A stretch of 40,399 bases of DNA from a virus (taxonomy: Duplodnaviria; Heunggongvirae; Uroviricota; Caudoviricetes): positions 1 through 40,399 of the IMG/VR virus record IMGVR_UViG_3300006145_000007; one strand, written 5' to 3'. The notes beneath the pieces were generated by a model. It was not told where the DNA came from. It made no database searches and was given only the letters and a program-made list of their open reading frames with translations. Each line of letters begins with the position of its first letter. Within the stretch, counting starts at the first letter, position 1. The translations under genes were made by a program, and so were the position numbers. This document shows positions 36,022 to 40,399 of this stretch, one piece after another.

Positions 36022-36405
36022 ATGATTGAATGCTTTAACCCATATGTGTTGCCGACCATTGAGTTTGTTGGCGGCGAGACACAGGAGCTTTTGTTCAACA
36101 TGTACTTCTACCAGGGCAAGAAGCCGTTCAGTATGGTCGGCTGTATCAGCAGCTTCTCTATCGTGAGTTTCAATAATAAGAATGGCTCACCGATTCTGCG
36201 CAAGGACATGACAGTTCTGGAGAACCAGGACGGCACATCGCTCAATGTTCTGTCTGTTGAGCTTACCCCGGAGGAGACATATAAGTTGTCTGGCAAGTAC
36301 ATCTACCAGATATCCATCAAGGATGTGTCAGGCAATATCGAGATCCCAAAGCAAGGGCTCATGTATATCATCAACAACATCAATAAGGGCTTCATCACAT
36401 CGTAA
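36022..36405 (+). CDS. BppU-N-like baseplate/adaptor domain protein
   Basis: LTPEET..LSGKYIYQISI pattern of BppU-N-like beta sandwiches. RBS is AGGCGGTGA. Confidence 0.55.
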   Translation: MIECFNPYVLPTIEFVGGETQELLFNMYFYQGKKPFSMVGCISSFSIVSFNNKNGSPILRKDMTVLENQDGTSLNVLSVELTPEETYKLSGKYIYQISIKDVSGNIEIPKQGLMYIINNINKGFITS

Positions 36406-36462
36406 CCGGCGCGTATAGCGACCGGCTTTTATTATGCCCATTTCAACAAGGAGGAACGAAAA

Positions 36463-36861
36463 ATGACGACTACCTATTTTCTGAATGTCGTGGCGGGCAA
36501 TGTCTATGGCTCAGGCACCCTGACTCCTCTGCCGAGCAAGTATTACATCGGCCTGAGTACAACTGCTCCGAATATCAATGGCACCAACGTGACAGAACCA
36601 TCTGGTTCCGGCTACACCCGTATGGAGCTGACCAGCCTGGGCGCCCCGTCCAGCGGCGTTGTGACGAACACGGCGGCTATCGACTTCCCTGAGAGTACCG
36701 CGAGCTGGGGTACTGCTACCCACTTCGTCATCTATGACGCACTGACCAACGGGAACCTGCTCCAGTACGGCCCACTCTCCACTCCGCGCAGTATCGAGCC
36801 CGCAACCATCATGTCTATCCCCGCAAACTATCTGAACCTGAGTATGCAGAATCCTGTGTAA
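36463..36861 (+). CDS. Small tail fibre/baseplate-family protein
   Basis: YIGLSTTAP...EPSG.GY.R...N...I.FP..T..WGT.THF.IYDA.T.GN pattern, recalled from siphophage tail-tip proteins. Confidence 0.6.
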   Translation: MTTTYFLNVVAGNVYGSGTLTPLPSKYYIGLSTTAPNINGTNVTEPSGSGYTRMELTSLGAPSSGVVTNTAAIDFPESTASWGTATHFVIYDALTNGNLLQYGPLSTPRSIEPATIMSIPANYLNLSMQNPV

Positions 36862-36876
36862 TCACGGAGGTGGCGT

Positions 36877-37812
36877 ATGGCTAAGCAATTTGATGTCTTT
36901 CTGCGGCGCCACCTGATAGAGTGTGACATCCTTATCCAGTCTCTTCCGTATCGTGATGGTATCTCTGTGACAGATCGTATCATCGTTGACGCTGTTTTGC
37001 AGGGGTGCAAACTGATGCGTATTGCTGCTGCCCAGTCTGGTATCGAGGTAAATGCGCAGATCGACCGCCTTATCAAAACATGTTTGGAGCGTCTAAGTCC
37101 CCAGACTGTGATGGATGCGTCTGTCGATTTGAAAGCAACCAATATTGCGAAGCCAGTCAACGAACCAATCGTGATGGACGCCAAGAATCTCGGCACCCTG
37201 GAGACCGTCCTGAACCGGGCGGAAGCAGGTATGGTCATGGCGGTCAATCCGCTTGTCACAAAGATTGCGAAGTCTCTTGGGCAAATGAATACCGGTATCG
37301 TGGTCGGCGCGAACGTGACCGATACGCTGAAGAAAAGTATCTTGACGCTACGTGCAGACACTACTCTCGATGTCGAGGTTCAGGGCGAACTGAAGAAAGG
37401 GCTTCTGGATCTCGACACCAAGATTTGCATGGACGCCACTTTGGCGAGCTTGTGTAAACGTATCGGGTTCGATGCCGTTGCCGGTATTGAAATGGCTGTG
37501 ACATGTCTTGGCACAAAGCTATACCACTCGCTTGGTCGTGGGTATAGCGGCATTTCAGTTGACGCAAAGGTTACCGGTACGAAGGCGAGGAAGATAGAGA
37601 CTGCGGAGACCATCGTACAGATCATGGCAGATATGTCAGCAGTTCTGATTAAGCTGATATACCCCGAAGATGTGGACGTGTGGATTGACGCGGAGGTTTC
37701 TGAATCTCAACTCAAACGATACAGACTTATGTCTGACCTCGGCGATACAACGTTGGAGGATCTTGGTGACATGACACTGGATGATTTCTACTACATCATC
37801 CTTGCTGGATAG
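36877..37812 (+). CDS. Hypothetical fibre-like protein with twelve 21-22 aa repeats
   Basis: GGAGGTG RBS and a periodic I-x-[VM]-D-A motif (see findings). Confidence 0.7.
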   Translation: MAKQFDVFLRRHLIECDILIQSLPYRDGISVTDRIIVDAVLQGCKLMRIAAAQSGIEVNAQIDRLIKTCLERLSPQTVMDASVDLKATNIAKPVNEPIVMDAKNLGTLETVLNRAEAGMVMAVNPLVTKIAKSLGQMNTGIVVGANVTDTLKKSILTLRADTTLDVEVQGELKKGLLDLDTKICMDATLASLCKRIGFDAVAGIEMAVTCLGTKLYHSLGRGYSGISVDAKVTGTKARKIETAETIVQIMADMSAVLIKLIYPEDVDVWIDAEVSESQLKRYRLMSDLGDTTLEDLGDMTLDDFYYIILAG

Positions 37813-37845
37813 CGTCACATTTATAACCATCAGGAGGTGAAAGAG

Positions 37846-38406
37846 ATGTTCTATATCAAACTGAATGATGATATGGAGCTTGTCATCACAGTTCGTGAGG
37901 CGATCCACAGAGGCGATCACCTCAACCAAAAGCTCACCTTCCTTGTGCCTCTGCAAGTTGGCGATATCGATCCCGCCACTGCCGCTCTGTATCTGAGCTA
38001 TATCCGCGCAGACGGAACTGCGGACATCGACTTGCTTCATCGAGAGAAGGAACTGTATAACGAATCGTACTACCAGTTCACCATGCCAGTCACCAGCAAA
38101 CTGACACGGTATGCTGGCCCTGTTACCACCTTCCTCACCATCTACGCCGGCCCGACAAACTCCCCTATGGTTGTCAAGAGCGGCGAATGTATGCTGCAGG
38201 TCATGGCGTCTACCAACATGGACGACCTTGTGACAGATGAGGGTCTGTCCCTTATCTACAGTATGCAGAAACAGATGGAAGAAAAACTTGCAGACGGTCT
38301 TGCAGAAAAGGCAGACGGACTCGCCTTCGACGACGGCACAAGGGAGCTGCAACTTAAATCCGGGGATACGATGATTGGCGAACCGGTCGTCGTATCTACA
38401 ACCTAA
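37846..38406 (+). CDS. BppU-like baseplate/fibre adaptor protein
   Basis: GGAGGTGA then ATG 37846. It has a BppU-N-like N-terminus and a C-terminal KADGLAFD...LQLKSG...IG motif. Confidence 0.55.
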   Translation: MFYIKLNDDMELVITVREAIHRGDHLNQKLTFLVPLQVGDIDPATAALYLSYIRADGTADIDLLHREKELYNESYYQFTMPVTSKLTRYAGPVTTFLTIYAGPTNSPMVVKSGECMLQVMASTNMDDLVTDEGLSLIYSMQKQMEEKLADGLAEKADGLAFDDGTRELQLKSGDTMIGEPVVVSTT

Positions 38407-38430
38407 TTTATATGGAAGGAGGGTACAAGC

Positions 38431-39006
38431 ATGGCATATTGGATCGCTGGTCAATCCCCGCACGCGAAGCACTTCATGTGCGACACAGAAGCTGACGTTG
38501 CGAATCTGCCGACCACTGTTAATCGCGGCGTTCCACAGGATGACGTTGACGACACCAATACCTATACAGTGCAGGCAGGCAGCACGGCGAAAGTCATTGC
38601 CACTGGTGACAAGTATATCCTGCAGTCTGATATCGACACATGGATCAAGCAGCCCGCGTCTGGCGGAGGCGGCGGTGGTGGCGGTGGAGTCACTGACTAT
38701 AACATGCTGCAGAACCGCCCCGTGATCAATATCACTGGGAACGGCGTTGTGATCAGCTCGCTGACATCTGGTGTGTATAACATCAACGGAACATGGAAGA
38801 TGACATCGGACGACGAGGAGCGTGCTACCGCTAAGGACGACCTGTTCTATGTGTTCAACGACGACACTGGGAGCAGGCTGACGTGGGTCAGCGCTGGAAA
38901 AATCAAGACCTTTGGCGTCCCGGATGGAGGCACCGCCGCTGACATCACTGAGAGCGAGATTGCAACAGTGGAAGATGTTACCGGACAGTTGGTCGGCGAT
39001 TTCTGA
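38431..39006 (+). CDS. Two-domain fibre-associated protein with poly-Gly linker
   Basis: SGGGGGGGGGV linker followed by a DYNMLQNRPVIN motif. Confidence 0.65.
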   Translation: MAYWIAGQSPHAKHFMCDTEADVANLPTTVNRGVPQDDVDDTNTYTVQAGSTAKVIATGDKYILQSDIDTWIKQPASGGGGGGGGGVTDYNMLQNRPVINITGNGVVISSLTSGVYNINGTWKMTSDDEERATAKDDLFYVFNDDTGSRLTWVSAGKIKTFGVPDGGTAADITESEIATVEDVTGQLVGDF

Positions 39007-39079
39007 TGCAACAGGGCGATAGCCCGTTTTGCATATATTCGTACTATTCATTATAGACAACAAGAAAGGAAGATGCATT

Positions 39080-40012
39080 ATGGCAATCATCAGTAAGCTC
39101 GTTTACAAGGGTCTCAAGGCTAACCTCCCCGCTTCCCGCAGCGCGGACAGCTTCTATCTCTGCACGAATACCCGTGAGCTGTACTTCGGCGATGAGCTGT
39201 ATACCGAGCCTGTTCGGTTCTACAACGGCACCGCCAACAAGCCCACCGCTCCTGCTCAGGGCGTGCTGTATATCGACGAGGCCACCGGTAAGGGTGAGGC
39301 GTGGGACGGCACCGCCTGGAAGCCCGTCATTACCCCCGTGACCGTGAGCGCCAGCGACAACTCCGTGGAGATCGGCGGCACTGCTTCTGAGCCCACCGTC
39401 AAGGTGAAGCTCTCCACCAAGGACGGCAACCAGCTCCAGCTCGCGTCTGAGGCCGGCAAGGAGGGTCTGTTCGTCCCCGCCCCTGACTCCGCTGACTCCT
39501 ATAAGGTCGAGGAAGCTGCTGCCGCTGAGACCGGCTACCTGAAGACCTATGTGCTCAACCGCTACCCCAACGGCGACGAGACCAGGACTGCTGTTGAGTG
39601 CGGCAAGATCAACATCCCCAAGGACTACCTGGTGAAGTCCGCCGAGATCAAGGAAGTCGCCACCGCTGACGACCCCTACACCGGCGCGAAGGTCGGCGAC
39701 AAGTACATTGACTTCGTGATCAATGTCAAGTCTGGCACCGCTACCGACGAGCATGTCTACCTGCCCGTGAACGATCTGGTGGATGTGTATACCGCCGGCA
39801 ACGGTATCGACATCTCCGCCGCCAACGAGGTCAGCGTGAAGATCGACGCCGCGAATGCCAACGGCCTGGGCGTTGGTGCCGACGGCGTGAAGCTGGACGT
39901 GGCTGTTGCCAACAACAGCACCGGCGCGAACGGCAAGGCGGGCGCTATGTCCGCTGCCGACAAGACCGACCATGACGCCATGGTGGTCGCTCTGACTGTG
40001 GGCACGTTCTAA
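39080..40012 (+). CDS. Putative high-copy fibre/decoration protein (310 aa)
   Basis: GAAAGGAAG RBS then ATG 39080. Extreme C/G-ending codon bias, with motifs GKINIPKD and YTAGNGIDIS. Confidence 0.7.
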   Translation: MAIISKLVYKGLKANLPASRSADSFYLCTNTRELYFGDELYTEPVRFYNGTANKPTAPAQGVLYIDEATGKGEAWDGTAWKPVITPVTVSASDNSVEIGGTASEPTVKVKLSTKDGNQLQLASEAGKEGLFVPAPDSADSYKVEEAAAAETGYLKTYVLNRYPNGDETRTAVECGKINIPKDYLVKSAEIKEVATADDPYTGAKVGDKYIDFVINVKSGTATDEHVYLPVNDLVDVYTAGNGIDISAANEVSVKIDAANANGLGVGADGVKLDVAVANNSTGANGKAGAMSAADKTDHDAMVVALTVGTF

Positions 40013-40037
40013 TAACGGCCAACGAGACAAACTGATT

Positions 40038-40065
40038 GGAGGGAGGGGCTTTGGCTCCTCCCTTC
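40038..40065 (+). repeat. GGAGGG-type hairpin without U-tract
   Basis: GGAGGGAGGGGC-tttg-GCTCCTCCCTTC. Confidence 0.65.
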
Positions 40066-40088
40066 GTCAATAACGGGAGGTATTCAAC

Positions 40089-40399
40089 ATGGCCTTATTT
40101 AATCCAAACGTGACAGTTGAGAGTAAGGCGCGGAACACCACGCAGCTTCCCATCAGCGAAGGCCAGTTCTTGATGACCTCGGATACGAAAAATGTTTTCT
40201 ACGATCTGGCCGGTGAGCGCATTCAGCTCACGGACATCATTGAACTGGATACTGAGGCACAGCGGAAGGCGATCCTTGCGCCGCTCAACAAGTTCTATTT
40301 CGTCAAAGACACCGGCATCCTGTGGCGGTACAACAACGGATGGCTGAGCTGGGGACATGGCGGTGGTTCGTCAAGCTCCGCCGTACACAAAGTCCTCAC
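40089..40399 (+). CDS. Partial fibre-associated protein, truncated by the window end
   Basis: GGGAGG RBS then ATG 40089. The frame MALFNPNVTVESKARNTTQLPISEGQFLMTSDTKNVFYD... is open to the end of the window and is absent from the ORF track because it has no stop. Confidence 0.75.
   Translation, partial: MALFNPNVTVESKARNTTQLPISEGQFLMTSDTKNVFYDLAGERIQLTDIIELDTEAQRKAILAPLNKFYFVKDTGILWRYNNGWLSWGHGGGSSSSAVHKVL

Noticed and set aside
36405-36432. Possible terminator CCGGCGC-gtata-GCGACCGG-CTTTT
   Set aside because: The stem is short and bulged with a short U-run, too weak to call.
1678-39079. Upstream-extended starts in the ORF track (1678, 5731, 9636, 13043, 17812, 18687, 20768, 21100, 37837, 39029)
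   Set aside because: They overlap upstream genes or the RBS itself. Downstream starts have properly spaced SD sequences.
37636-39090. 484-aa minus-strand ORF spanning several genes
   Set aside because: The + genes at 36877, 37846 and 38431 share one frame, so the in-register antisense frame stays open. The translation has no protein-like motifs.
346-40030. Long minus-strand ORFs (346-1080, 8633-9622, 15474-16196, 19980-20777, 25128-26444, 39044-40030)
   Set aside because: All are in exact codon register with a + strand gene. They are antisense shadows caused by avoidance of TTA/CTA/TCA codons, and they show no recognisable motifs.
1-40399. CRISPR array, IS element, intron or intein, rRNA
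   Set aside because: I saw no spaced direct repeats, transposase, LAGLIDADG/HNH or Hint motifs, and terL and the RNAP appear uninterrupted.

Overview
The window is a single-strand (+) 40 kb segment of a large SPbeta-like siphophage or prophage. The strong GGAGG/GGTGA ribosome-binding sites suggest a Bacillota (Clostridia-like) host, which is an inference. The gene order is: sigmaA promoter, tyrosine recombinase, small gene, SF2-like P-loop ATPase, Cys-rich micro-ORF, YonO-like single-subunit RNA polymerase (NGADKDGD motif), and a winged-helix plus zinc-ribbon protein. A palindromic intergenic region follows, then the late operon: metallophosphoesterase, an atypical initiator-like tRNA(CAU), HU, terminase, portal, protease/scaffold, capsid, neck, tail tube, RuvC-like resolvase, a 2607-aa tape measure, Dit, Tal and a cluster of baseplate/fibre genes that runs off the right end. 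No CRISPR array, rRNA or IS element is visible, and lysis genes are not in the window. The best candidate for an undescribed system is a multi-component phage transcription module (RNAP + ATPase + wHTH/Zn-ribbon factor). It may be gated by an ATT start codon, a boxA-like structured leader and terminator read-through into a phage initiator-like tRNA. Family assignments come from visible motifs and recalled SPbeta synteny; no database search was run.
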